Assembly: GCA_020852295.1 (NCBI GenBank)
Contig: JADZBC010000009.1
Span: 7,081 to 71,080 of the forward strand
From: a bacterium
GTDB taxonomy: Bacteria; Patescibacteriota; Saccharimonadia; CAILAD01; JADZBC01
DNA length: 64,000 nt
Direction of reading: 5' to 3'
Part shown: positions 1 through 8,953 of the stretch, in pieces
Position numbering within the stretch: position 1 is the stretch's first letter
Layout of the letters: each line of letters begins with the position of its first letter
The notes under the pieces: model-generated
What the model was told of the DNA's origin: nothing
Databases searched by the model: none
The model's input: only the letters and a program-made list of their open reading frames with translations
Made by a program: the position numbers and the translations under genes

Positions 1-1359
1 CGGATCGACGCGACGGAGGATGTCCCGGGCTCGCCGCTCCAGATCCTGCTCGGTCAGGACGTCGCCGTCCTCATCACCGTGCACCTGGACCCGGATCGTG
101 TTCAGCTGACCGTACGTGACGGTGTCGCTGGGCACGAAGCTGATGGCCTGGATGACCTGACTGCGGGTGCCCTTGGCGGTGAGCGGCGTCACGAAGTACA
201 TCCGCCCATCCTCCTGGCTCCGCAGGTTGTAGTCAGCCGGGTTCTCGGCATTGGCATCGATGTCCACCGGCTCGAAGCCGAAGGCATCGTTGTTGTGCCA
301 CTTGCGCCCTGCCGACCAGTTGACCATCTCACGCTGCTTGGTAGCCACGCTGATGGGGTACACCGGGCCGGGGATCTCACCCGATTCGACCGAACGCTTG
401 TACTCGATCACCGGCGAACCGGATTCCGAGCCACGCACCACGATGACACCAGCCGGCATCTCGATGCTGCGCGAACCGTTCCATCGGTCCATCTTGACCG
501 GCATCACGATCACCGGGTTGTCATCGGTGTCGCAGTAGCCGTAGACGTCGCTGAGGCTCCAGTACACGCTCGCGCCAACCTGTTCGCGGATGCGATCCGA
601 GAGGCTGTTGGCGAAGTTGCCGGTGATGGCCGCATCGAGGCGGTTCTTGCCCTCGAAGCGGCACTGGTGCACCTGCTCGGCGTCACCGCTCCACTCGACG
701 ATGCTGTCGATGTGGATCCGCTTGCCGTTGCCATCGCGGATGGCCGTCCACCTGCCGCCGCCCTCTCGGTCCGAGATGTAGGCGTAGGTGTCATCCAGGA
801 TGTCAGCCTTGGACGAGCCAGTGGCCCTCTCGCTCGTGATCCGTTGGGCGCCAGCCAGTGAGGCGGGGCGCTCTTCGAAGCCACTTGCGAGATAGCTGAT
901 GGGTACGCCGGCCACGACTCTGGCAGGACCGACATCGTGCCGCCCTTCGAGCAACCGAGCCAGGATGCGCGGGGGCGCATCCTTATCGGCATACTCGATC
1001 GAGACTGAACGCACGAACGGCGCGGCCTCGAGCTTGGAATCGGTCGTCATGGACGAGACGATCATGCCTATGCACACGACCACGGCGGCAACCGTGATCA
1101 ACACGCCAGGCACGGGGTTCTCATCCTCGTCGTACGACGCGAAAGCCGCAACGCCGTAGCAGATCGCCACCCAAACCAGGCTCAACACCTGGCCCGAGCG
1201 CGACATCGGCGAAACGGCAACCATGTAGGCGCGCCATGCGGAGAAGCCCGCCTGGTCCCACATGAGACCCGCGATGGCAGCGATGAGCCACCACACCAGG
1301 GCGAGGGCGGCCAAGCCGCCAAGCGCGATGAGGGTCGCGTAGCCCATCTTCTTCAACAC
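1..1359 (-). CDS. Hypothetical membrane protein, 3'-truncated by window edge (>453 aa; ~3 N-terminal TM helices, large soluble domain)
   Basis: Manually read open frame GTG(1359)-LKKMGYATLIALGGLAALALVWWLIAAIAGLMW...RDILRRVDP with no stop down to position 1; GAGGAG RBS upstream; GC-rich third positions. Absent from the ORF track because it has no stop in the window. Confidence 0.85.
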   Translation of the reverse strand, partial: MLKKMGYATLIALGGLAALALVWWLIAAIAGLMWDQAGFSAWRAYMVAVSPMSRSGQVLSLVWVAICYGVAAFASYDEDENPVPGVLITVAAVVVCIGMIVSSMTTDSKLEAAPFVRSVSIEYADKDAPPRILARLLEGRHDVGPARVVAGVPISYLASGFEERPASLAGAQRITSERATGSSKADILDDTYAYISDREGGGRWTAIRDGNGKRIHIDSIVEWSGDAEQVHQCRFEGKNRLDAAITGNFANSLSDRIREQVGASVYWSLSDVYGYCDTDDNPVIVMPVKMDRWNGSRSIEMPAGVIVVRGSESGSPVIEYKRSVESGEIPGPVYPISVATKQREMVNWSAGRKWHNNDAFGFEPVDIDANAENPADYNLRSQEDGRMYFVTPLTAKGTRSQVIQAISFVPSDTVTYGQLNTIRVQVHGDEDGDVLTEQDLERRARDILRRVDP

Positions 1360-1488
1360 GAAGTTCTCCTCTTGGGAAGGTTCTCGCAACGAGTCAGTCG
1401 TTGCCACTGTTTGAGATAGATCCTTGCAGACCACCTCACCCTCACTACCCTTTGCAAAGGTGATGTAACCTGATCAAAAATGATAATT

Positions 1489-1517
1489 ACAATATCATTT
1501 TTTGTATATCTTGTCAA
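1489..1517 (-). promoter_or_regulatory. Sigma70-type promoter (TTGACA-17-TATTGT) overlapped by palindrome AAAAATGATA-N7-TATCATTTTT (1476-1502)
   Basis: Read directly on minus strand upstream of the 1..1359 gene. Confidence 0.6.
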
Positions 1518-1670
1518 TACTCTTTTGGTTGTGACAGACAGGCGGTGAAACCTGCTGTCACTCTTTTGAGCGGTCCCGTTTTCCGCTCATCACTCTGTTC
1601 GTTATATCACTCGTGTACAGCGCTTGATGAGAGGAAGACACTTCTGTGTCAGGACCTGTGCTTTTTTGGT

Positions 1671-1693
1671 AAAAAAAATCCGCTGGCCGCGGA
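1671..1693 (-). terminator. Intrinsic terminator candidate
   Basis: Minus strand TCCGC-GGCCA-GCGGA followed by T8. Confidence 0.55.
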
Positions 1694-1759
1694 CCTCGTA
1701 GGCTTGGTCTTTGGCGAAACGGGAATTTCGATACCTATAGCTTATTAAATTGTGAGAAC

Positions 1760-1788
1760 ATTATAGGGCAATGTAGCAGACTTGTCAA
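1760..1788 (-). promoter_or_regulatory. Perfect consensus sigma70 promoter TTGACA-17-TATAAT firing into non-coding DNA
   Basis: TGTCAA at 1783-1788 and ATTATA at 1760-1765 on the + strand, 17-nt spacer. Confidence 0.75.
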
Positions 1789-2654
1789 GCCCCCTGCTCT
1801 GATCTGATTTTTTTGTATCGCTCGGCTATCTCGGTGGTACGATCGAGGGCATGAAGATTGATGATATCAGGGCGAATCCGAACAAACGCGCGCTCAGTAT
1901 GATTCTTTGGCTGGCGAGAAGTATGCTTGAGATGACGACGGTAGCCAATGTCATCAAGCCAATCAAACACTCGCCAACCACCGCGAAAGATTCGCAATGG
2001 GTGATGCGGCCACGGATAGTTTGGTAGCTTCTCCTGATAATAGCCGCTCTTTCGCAGCAGGCCATGCCACACATCGGCGCCATATACCGGCTTGGCTAGT
2101 GCATAACGCCAGAGCAGATCGGGCTCATTGGTTTTCATGATGTCACGCTCCCACTTCACACCAACCGTCGTCAGGAACATACCGAGGCTAAAGCGCGCGG
2201 CTTTGTCCTTCTGGGTCTCGAGCTGCTTGAGAAGCTTGAGGCCATACATGAGAATACCCTTACTCAAAAAGATACGGCGCGGCGTCGTCACGACCAACAG
2301 ATCGATATCGCTGTTTTTGTTGGGGTTACCGATGCTCACACTGTTGACCACCACGATCGCCTTCACCGCCGGGATGAGCCGCATCAGATAACTCCAGCGC
2401 TGCGCCTTGACCAGGAGCCGGTCAACGATAGTATTTTGGCGCTTCATGTTGTGGTACTTGATCCCTGGCAAACCCCAGTATTCTTTCTGGATACGCACCA
2501 CATGGCCCTTGGCGACGAGCTTCTGTAATTCATCCTTAACCGCCAGATGGCTGGTGCGCACACGGATATACTCGAGGAGCTGCTCCTCGGTCACAGGCAG
2601 CTGCATGACAGCCATGTAGCTCAAAAAGTCCAGGATAGCAGCTCGTAGCCGCAT
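1785..2654 (-). CDS. Nucleotidyltransferase-fold protein with N-terminal wHTH-like region
   Basis: NSVSIGNPNKNSDIDLLVV resembles the Pol-beta-superfamily GS...DxD motif. Confidence 0.6.
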   Translation of the reverse strand: MRLRAAILDFLSYMAVMQLPVTEEQLLEYIRVRTSHLAVKDELQKLVAKGHVVRIQKEYWGLPGIKYHNMKRQNTIVDRLLVKAQRWSYLMRLIPAVKAIVVVNSVSIGNPNKNSDIDLLVVTTPRRIFLSKGILMYGLKLLKQLETQKDKAARFSLGMFLTTVGVKWERDIMKTNEPDLLWRYALAKPVYGADVWHGLLRKSGYYQEKLPNYPWPHHPLRIFRGGWRVFDWLDDIGYRRHLKHTSRQPKNHTERAFVRIRPDIINLHALDRTTEIAERYKKIRSEQGA

Positions 2655-2657
2655 GGC

Positions 2658-3995
2658 TTAGCCCCGAATGAGTTTGAGTAGTTCTTCGGTTTTTTGCTTC
2701 ACGACAGAAGCATCTTCGCTCTCGACATTGAGCCGGATAACCGGCTCAGTGTTGCTGGCACGCACGTTGAACCACCAGTCTTTGTACTCAACCGTAAGGC
2801 CGTCGAGTTCATCTTGCTGGCCATCCAAGTACTTGGCCTTGAGTGCCTCGAGCACTTTTTGGGCGTCCGCCACCTCTGAGTTGATCTCACCCGACTGGGT
2901 ATAGCGACGACGAAAAGGCGTAAATTGCTCGGAGGCCGGCAGGTCTTTTTGGCCCAAGATATGAAAAGCCTTGAGTGCGGCCACCAGGCCACTGTCGGCT
3001 CGGTAGTTGTCTGCGAAGTAAAAATGCCCTGAGTGCTCAGCGGCAAACACCGCTCCCGTCTCTTTCATCTTAGCCTTGATAAAGCTGTGGCCCACCTTGG
3101 TTTTGATCGCCGTTCCACCCAGTGCCGAGATCGTATCAGGTACGATGTGTGAGCAGATCGCGTTGTAGAGTATGGTTGCGCCCGGGTGCAGCTCGAGCAT
3201 CTCGCGAGCGATCAGCGCCCCGAGTACGCTGCCCGTAACCACTTCACCCTTTTCATCAACCAAGAATGCTCGATCGCCATCGCCATCAAAGGCCACGCCG
3301 ATCTGGAGGCCTTTGCCCTGAACCAATTTCTGCAAGTCGGCCAAATTTTCTTCCACGAGCGGATTGGCTGGGTGATTCGGGAAATTGCCATCTGGGTCCA
3401 GGTAGAGGCCTTCGATCTCTAGCGGCGATTCGGCCACGAGCCGTTCAATGACTGGGCCCGCCATGCCATTGCCCGCATCGGCGCCCACCTTGAGTGGCTT
3501 GAGCTCACCAGCAAGCTCCAGCGTGTGCTGCACCCACTCATCCATGATGTCTTTGCTGGTGACACCCCCCTGCTCACTCGAGGGCTTGAAGGTGTCGCCC
3601 GCAACATTATCGCGAATTTGAGCAAGGCCCGACTCAATACCAATCGGTGCCACTCCCTGGCCAGTCAGCTTGATGCCGTTGTATTCCCCTGGGTTATGAC
3701 TTGCCGTGATCATGGCTCCGCCGGCCAGATCGTACTTACCGACTGCGTAATAAATCATGTCACTAGCTACCTGTCCGATATCCATCACTTCCCTGCCCTG
3801 CTTGGTCAGCCCGGCTATCATCGCGGCCGCCAGCTGTGAGCTGTCATTGCGCATGTCATGACCAACGGCGACAACTCCTTTAGGTAGATAGTCGGCCAAT
3901 GCTCGACCAACTGCTTCGACCACTTCTGGTGTGAGCTCAGTCCCTACTTTGCCGCGGATATCGTAGGCTTTAAATATGTCTGTAGCGAACTTCAT
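2658..3995 (-). CDS. manB: Phosphomannomutase/phosphoglucomutase
   Basis: FKAYDIRG, TASHNP, FDGDGDR, EHSGH and RASNTEP motifs. Confidence 0.93.
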   Translation of the reverse strand: MKFATDIFKAYDIRGKVGTELTPEVVEAVGRALADYLPKGVVAVGHDMRNDSSQLAAAMIAGLTKQGREVMDIGQVASDMIYYAVGKYDLAGGAMITASHNPGEYNGIKLTGQGVAPIGIESGLAQIRDNVAGDTFKPSSEQGGVTSKDIMDEWVQHTLELAGELKPLKVGADAGNGMAGPVIERLVAESPLEIEGLYLDPDGNFPNHPANPLVEENLADLQKLVQGKGLQIGVAFDGDGDRAFLVDEKGEVVTGSVLGALIAREMLELHPGATILYNAICSHIVPDTISALGGTAIKTKVGHSFIKAKMKETGAVFAAEHSGHFYFADNYRADSGLVAALKAFHILGQKDLPASEQFTPFRRRYTQSGEINSEVADAQKVLEALKAKYLDGQQDELDGLTVEYKDWWFNVRASNTEPVIRLNVESEDASVVKQKTEELLKLIRG

Positions 3996-4118
3996 ATATG
4001 TATCGTAATACAGTTAGCTATCCATGAGAACACAAACCGGCACAAAATATTACTATATAGCCAAGTTGACGCACCCAACCCTATTGGCCATAATTTTAAG
4101 CATAATCGAGGTATCAAT

Positions 4119-5087
4119 ATGCCAGAACCAATCCCTGGACAATCGCCAGAGCAGTCACCAAGTGAGTTTGTTGATCCTGTTTTGCCCGAACAGACAGATC
4201 AAGTCGAAGCAATCTCACCCGAAGAACTCGCAGTCCTTAAGCAGTACGAAAGCTATACCGGTGTCTGCGATGTAATTAGCGCAGACGAAGCCAGGGCGAT
4301 GGCCGACGAGCTTCGTGAGCACCGCAAAAACCCAAATAGAAAAGTGATGATTGGCGTAATGACACACCCGATAGTTTTAGACCTAGACAAGCCTGTGCCT
4401 GAAGCAGTACGAAAAGGGATCAGCGAAGTCTTCCCTACTCGAGAACAGATAGCCCTTGGTTTTACTGATGACCCGGATGTCCTCAATACAATCCACTACG
4501 CTGACCTATACGGACCCGAGGGGCCCTGGAAGAGTGGGCAATCCCCAGATATCCTCAGGCATCTAGAAATGTGCGTCGAGTACGGTGGAGAAAACCTGCA
4601 CGCAATACAGCTTGATGTTACCTGGCCAAACGTCGAGGACATTAAGGCATTTAAGCAAAAGCACCCCGATATTCTCATAGTACTTCAGGTTGGAGTGTTC
4701 TCTTTTCGGGAAGCCAACAATGACCCTCAGCAAGTGCTAGATAATATTCGCCAATACGGAGACTCTATCGACTATGCGCTCCTCGACACCAGTATGGGCA
4801 AGGGTAAGGGCATGGATAGCGAGAGCCTACTCGAAATGCTGCGCCTACTCCAGTCAGAAATGCCAGATCTGGGCTTGGCGGTAGCTGGCGGTCTAGGGCC
4901 AGACTCACTCGACATTCTCCAGCCAATTGCCGATGAATTTCCGGACATTGCCATCGACGCCCAGGGCAGATTAAAACCCGAAGACAGCCCGAGAGACTCA
5001 GAAGGTCACCTGGTTGCAACAATTCCGGCCGACCTCAATCGCGCCAAGGAGTACATTAGCAAGAGCTGCGAGATGCTCGACCACTAA
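4119..5087 (+). CDS. TIM-barrel protein, distantly TrpF(PRAI)-like
   Basis: LLDTSMGKG, LAVAGGLGP and IDAQG resemble the C-terminal phosphate-binding half of PRAI-type barrels. Confidence 0.5.
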   Translation: MPEPIPGQSPEQSPSEFVDPVLPEQTDQVEAISPEELAVLKQYESYTGVCDVISADEARAMADELREHRKNPNRKVMIGVMTHPIVLDLDKPVPEAVRKGISEVFPTREQIALGFTDDPDVLNTIHYADLYGPEGPWKSGQSPDILRHLEMCVEYGGENLHAIQLDVTWPNVEDIKAFKQKHPDILIVLQVGVFSFREANNDPQQVLDNIRQYGDSIDYALLDTSMGKGKGMDSESLLEMLRLLQSEMPDLGLAVAGGLGPDSLDILQPIADEFPDIAIDAQGRLKPEDSPRDSEGHLVATIPADLNRAKEYISKSCEMLDH

Positions 5088-5128
5088 CGTTAACTAGAAC
5101 ATTATTCAATTAATCATTAAGGAAACCT

Positions 5129-5308
5129 ATGCAAGACCAGCAAAACAACACTCAGGCAGACGATCAGGCTGTCACAAATGAACCAACCACCACATCACCA
5201 GCGCCCGACGCACCCGTAAGTGACGACACTACCTCGACCAAACCAGAAACTCCAGTCGTTGCGGGCACTGAGCAGAAACCGAAACCACCAAAAATCACCT
5301 GGATCTAG
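5129..5308 (+). CDS. Small disordered protein, 59 aa (MQDQQNN...KPKPPKITWI)
   Basis: TAAGGA RBS, ATG 5129, TAG 5306-5308; below the ORF-track cutoff. Confidence 0.65.
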   Translation: MQDQQNNTQADDQAVTNEPTTTSPAPDAPVSDDTTSTKPETPVVAGTEQKPKPPKITWI

Positions 5309-5323
5309 ACGGCTCTAGTTCTG

Positions 5324-6820
5324 CTATGATTCTATTTGTGCAACCATGACGAGCACTGCAAGCTCTATGGCAGCACGACGCTGCTGTTCGTAATTTCCCA
5401 TTGTGACCGTAAGTTTGGCCGACTCTAAGCTATTGTCTTTGTATTGGTATAGCTCGTTGCTTCGCTTGAGAAGCTGTACACGATTGAGCATCGGAAAATA
5501 ATCGCCGTCATAGCGCTCACCGAACAGTTTCATCGACCACTGAGCACCGATTGCGATTTTTACATCTGTACTAATGCCCTTTTCTGCGGCAATTTGCGTA
5601 TCGATAATATATTTGACGAGAAGCGCAATAGAGCCCTGAAAGCCTATGTCAAAGACCACGACTTTTTTCTTGTCTGTCTTCAGGTGGGCTCGAACATATT
5701 CGGCAAGGCCATCGATCACACCCGCAAATTTTGGGTTTACATGCCCAAATAAATCCATTAGCCTCGAAAACTCAGCATAAAATTCGGCAAAATCATCCGG
5801 ATATCGTAAGTGTGCATTGTAAAGCGCATCGAGCATCCCAGAATAATATCCCCAAGCGCCAGGCATATGGCTGAGTAATTTTCGACCGATTAATACCTGG
5901 TCGCTCGATGTCGTTTTGCCGCTGAGCATATCAAGGGTTTTTTGTGCCTCATGAAAGATAATGCAGTCGCGGAGCAGATATAGAGTATAACTATCGTCTT
6001 GCCGTCGCTTCTTGACGGTATCCAAGACAAATGAGGCGATCTTGATGACATCCTCTATATCGATAATAGGGCTGCCATTCCAGCGTTCGAGCTCGTCAAT
6101 CGAAATAGGGTTCTTGAGCAGCCAGTCAATCTGCTTGAGCGAATAGTTCAGATACTCATCTGGATCGGTTTCTTGCAGGGGATATTCGAAAAAATCGTCG
6201 TTTAGTTTGCCTACATAGTCCTTGTGTGTCCATCTCGACAGAATATTGTCATGCCAAGTATCCTGGTATGATCCGTTTAGTTGCTGAGTTAGATTGGCAT
6301 CCTGGATGGGCTGTTTGTTTGGCAGAAGATCAAAGGCAGTGGCTTTATCAACTTCAAACCACTGCTCGAAGCGATTGCGATAATATAGCTTATCGTCTAG
6401 AACGGTGTAAATATTGATACCAATTTCATACTGGCCACCCTTGCCTTTAAGCCATTTTGCAAAGCTCTGATCATAAAGGTGCTGCAAAATATGCTTATCT
6501 TCAAAGTGCTCCGCAAAAAAAGCCTCCCAGGTTGTGCCAAAAGTCGGAAATCCAGCGTCCTCTACAATAAGTTTGATCCAGTCCTGGATATTAAAGATGT
6601 GGCGGCAGACGTAGTACAAGTAATCGTCGTCACAACTTCTAAGCTTGTTCTGAATATCTTGGATATCGCGTAATAGATACTGACTAAAAAGCTTAAAATC
6701 CGTAGTGGTGGTCCAGTCCATATTGACCTTGTCCCCAGTCATGAGCTTCTCGAGGTTTTCGAAAAGATAAATCAGATCCGAATCGTCGTGCTGTGTGCTT
6801 GCTTGATGAGACATAAGCAT
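5324..6820 (-). CDS. Hypothetical protein with PRTase/HAD-associated-like C-terminal domain (start may be 6814)
   Basis: 498-aa ORF; YLLRD and VFDIGFQGS motifs. Confidence 0.55.
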   Translation of the reverse strand: MLMSHQASTQHDDSDLIYLFENLEKLMTGDKVNMDWTTTTDFKLFSQYLLRDIQDIQNKLRSCDDDYLYYVCRHIFNIQDWIKLIVEDAGFPTFGTTWEAFFAEHFEDKHILQHLYDQSFAKWLKGKGGQYEIGINIYTVLDDKLYYRNRFEQWFEVDKATAFDLLPNKQPIQDANLTQQLNGSYQDTWHDNILSRWTHKDYVGKLNDDFFEYPLQETDPDEYLNYSLKQIDWLLKNPISIDELERWNGSPIIDIEDVIKIASFVLDTVKKRRQDDSYTLYLLRDCIIFHEAQKTLDMLSGKTTSSDQVLIGRKLLSHMPGAWGYYSGMLDALYNAHLRYPDDFAEFYAEFSRLMDLFGHVNPKFAGVIDGLAEYVRAHLKTDKKKVVVFDIGFQGSIALLVKYIIDTQIAAEKGISTDVKIAIGAQWSMKLFGERYDGDYFPMLNRVQLLKRSNELYQYKDNSLESAKLTVTMGNYEQQRRAAIELAVLVMVAQIES

Positions 6821-6895
6821 ATTGTGAAGGATATGTTAGGATTCAGCAATCCCGTTGCATCCTAGAATGAATTGAGCTACAAAGTCACGTAGCCA

Positions 6896-7939
6896 TTAGT
6901 ACCAAAGATTGTGCTTGCGACGAGTATTGACCGCCAACGTTGCTCGCTCGAGCCCTCCGGTCCAAAGCTGATACTTACGATCATTGAGCGGCACATCGAG
7001 TGTGCCGGCAAACTCGGTAATATGCTCATTGAAGCCCGATTTGAACTGATACAGGCTATGTAGCGGATGACTGCCATCGAGCGCATCGCGCGTCGGTGAG
7101 CCAAGTAAGTCGTAGCTCTCTGCCCCACGCTCCTTGGCCCAGCGCATAATCTCCCACTGCATCAGGTGTGGCGCCATGAGTTCGCGCTTATTTCGAGTCG
7201 AACCGCCATCCTTGTACCAGGCGTGCTTGCCCATCTGGATGATAAATGCAGCAGCAATTGGCTCACCCTCGTGCTCGGCTACAAAAAACTGACCGTGTCC
7301 TGAATCCGTCAGAATCCGCCAATACTCCTCAAAGTAACTGCGCGCCGGAAAAAAGAAATGTGCTCGTTCGTGTACCGAAGTAATCAGGTTGTACACGATA
7401 TCAATATTTTGCGGGGTTGGGTCAACTGGCTTAACCGCCACACCCTTGCGCGCCGAAAGACGAATATTATAGCGCGCCTTTTGCTTAAATCCCGCCAGGA
7501 TCTCCTCCTCGCTCGGGCGCAGATCTACCATGATTGTGGCTTTGAGCTGCACATTGCGCGCTGGTTTGACTATCTTGTGTGTAGCAGCTCGCTTCAAATC
7601 AACATCATCAACATCAAGTTCTGGCTCTACCTTGAGCAAAAATGCCTTGGGCTTGCTCGCTACCAGCGCATCGACCACCTCATACAGGTCGTGTTGGCTC
7701 GTTACCCCTGGTCCTTTGCTGATATACCAGATTGTGCCAAGGCCGCGCACTGAGCGCTGGTACACAAGTATCGCCACCTTGAGGCCTTTGTGTTCGTACA
7801 CCTTGTAGAGTGGCTTCCAGCCGAGTGAGAGCTTAAACTCAGCCCACTCACGACTCTGCAAAAAATGCCCGCCGTCGGGATTAGCCTCAATCAGTTTGTC
7901 CCATTGAGCAATCTCTTGGTCGGTGGCTTCTCGTATCAT
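6896..7939 (-). CDS. FemABX-family peptidoglycan bridge aminoacyl-tRNA transferase
   Basis: HFLQSxEW, ARYNIRLSARKGV, QWEIMRWAKERG, FKSGF. Confidence 0.9.
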   Translation of the reverse strand: MIREATDQEIAQWDKLIEANPDGGHFLQSREWAEFKLSLGWKPLYKVYEHKGLKVAILVYQRSVRGLGTIWYISKGPGVTSQHDLYEVVDALVASKPKAFLLKVEPELDVDDVDLKRAATHKIVKPARNVQLKATIMVDLRPSEEEILAGFKQKARYNIRLSARKGVAVKPVDPTPQNIDIVYNLITSVHERAHFFFPARSYFEEYWRILTDSGHGQFFVAEHEGEPIAAAFIIQMGKHAWYKDGGSTRNKRELMAPHLMQWEIMRWAKERGAESYDLLGSPTRDALDGSHPLHSLYQFKSGFNEHITEFAGTLDVPLNDRKYQLWTGGLERATLAVNTRRKHNLWY

Positions 7940-8898
7940 ACGCGTCGAATCCTTTTAGCTAGTTTATACAATCGATAGCTACTTTGGCGAACTGGCACCT
8001 CCCATGTCCCTACCCGCGTGAGCATCTTGCCACCAAAGGCTTTCTTAAACTTCGTAAAGCCCGCCCAGGGGTGTGCCGGGTCATCACTGGGTGTAACTCC
8101 CCAGAAGTCAAACCGGGTAAAGCCCTGCGCCTTAGCGTCGAGTATCATATGCCAGACGAGCGGCATGGCGGCGCTAAGCTTGCGGTTTTGTGCCTGAAAT
8201 GCTCCGGCGTGAGCGTAATAGCGTGTTTTGTTCCAGTCAAAGACGAGTGCCGAAGCAATCGGCTCACCCTCGTGCTTGGCGATAAATAGCTTGGCAGCAT
8301 CACGCTTACCGAGCACTTTAAGCATAGTGCGATAGTAGTCATCCTCGTGGGCACTAAATCGACCCTTAGTTGTGTCGTGCATCATCTTGAGAAATAGCTC
8401 CACGTCGCTGTCTTTCTTGGATTCCGCAAAGCGTAAACCCTTGCGACTGGCCGAATTGACACCATAACGATGCCCAGCGCTCAATCCACTACGCAGCACT
8501 TCCTCGCTTGGACTTATGTCTAGCACCCAAGGGTACTTTGGCTCCACTGGCGCAACTTCTCGCGCGCCAAGCTCCATAAGATCTTGCTCCGACACATCAC
8601 CCAGTGGCTCGATCCGCACAAAAGTGCAGCCCAATTCATCGGCCTTTGTATACAAACTTTGTAGCGCCTGAGTAAGATTTTTTGGCTCGGCAATGGTCGG
8701 CCCGCACTGAACAAATAGGTACTTCAGCCGACGCACATTGCGCACACTGGCAAGATAGCTCCAACCTGGACCAGCGTCAAAAACCACTTCATTGCCAACC
8801 GATTGCTGAAATGCCGCCCAGTGCGAGCTCTGCAAAAAGTGCCCATTTTGATCAATGAGCCGCTCATCCCAATCTTTTGGCAACGTGGAGTTTGGCAT
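7936..8898 (-). CDS. FemABX-family peptidoglycan bridge aminoacyl-tRNA transferase
   Basis: HFLQSSHW, FDFWG, GFTKFKKAFGG. Confidence 0.9.
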   Translation of the reverse strand: MPNSTLPKDWDERLIDQNGHFLQSSHWAAFQQSVGNEVVFDAGPGWSYLASVRNVRRLKYLFVQCGPTIAEPKNLTQALQSLYTKADELGCTFVRIEPLGDVSEQDLMELGAREVAPVEPKYPWVLDISPSEEVLRSGLSAGHRYGVNSASRKGLRFAESKKDSDVELFLKMMHDTTKGRFSAHEDDYYRTMLKVLGKRDAAKLFIAKHEGEPIASALVFDWNKTRYYAHAGAFQAQNRKLSAAMPLVWHMILDAKAQGFTRFDFWGVTPSDDPAHPWAGFTKFKKAFGGKMLTRVGTWEVPVRQSSYRLYKLAKRIRRV

Positions 8899-8953
8899 AT
8901 CTTTATTCTACCAAGGTTTGAGCTTGATCGCGCCTATCTATATACTAGAGGCC

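Noticed and set aside
79-861. 260-aa plus-strand ORF and other short ORFs at 189-1159
   Set aside because: Shadows of the real minus-strand gene 1..1359, which has an RBS, TM helices and GC3 bias.
8855-8953. N-terminal extensions in the ORF track for tsaD (similarly comF, MTase 18328, 38864, 40875)
   Set aside because: They overlap neighbouring genes or promoters; downstream starts fit family N-termini and expression signals.
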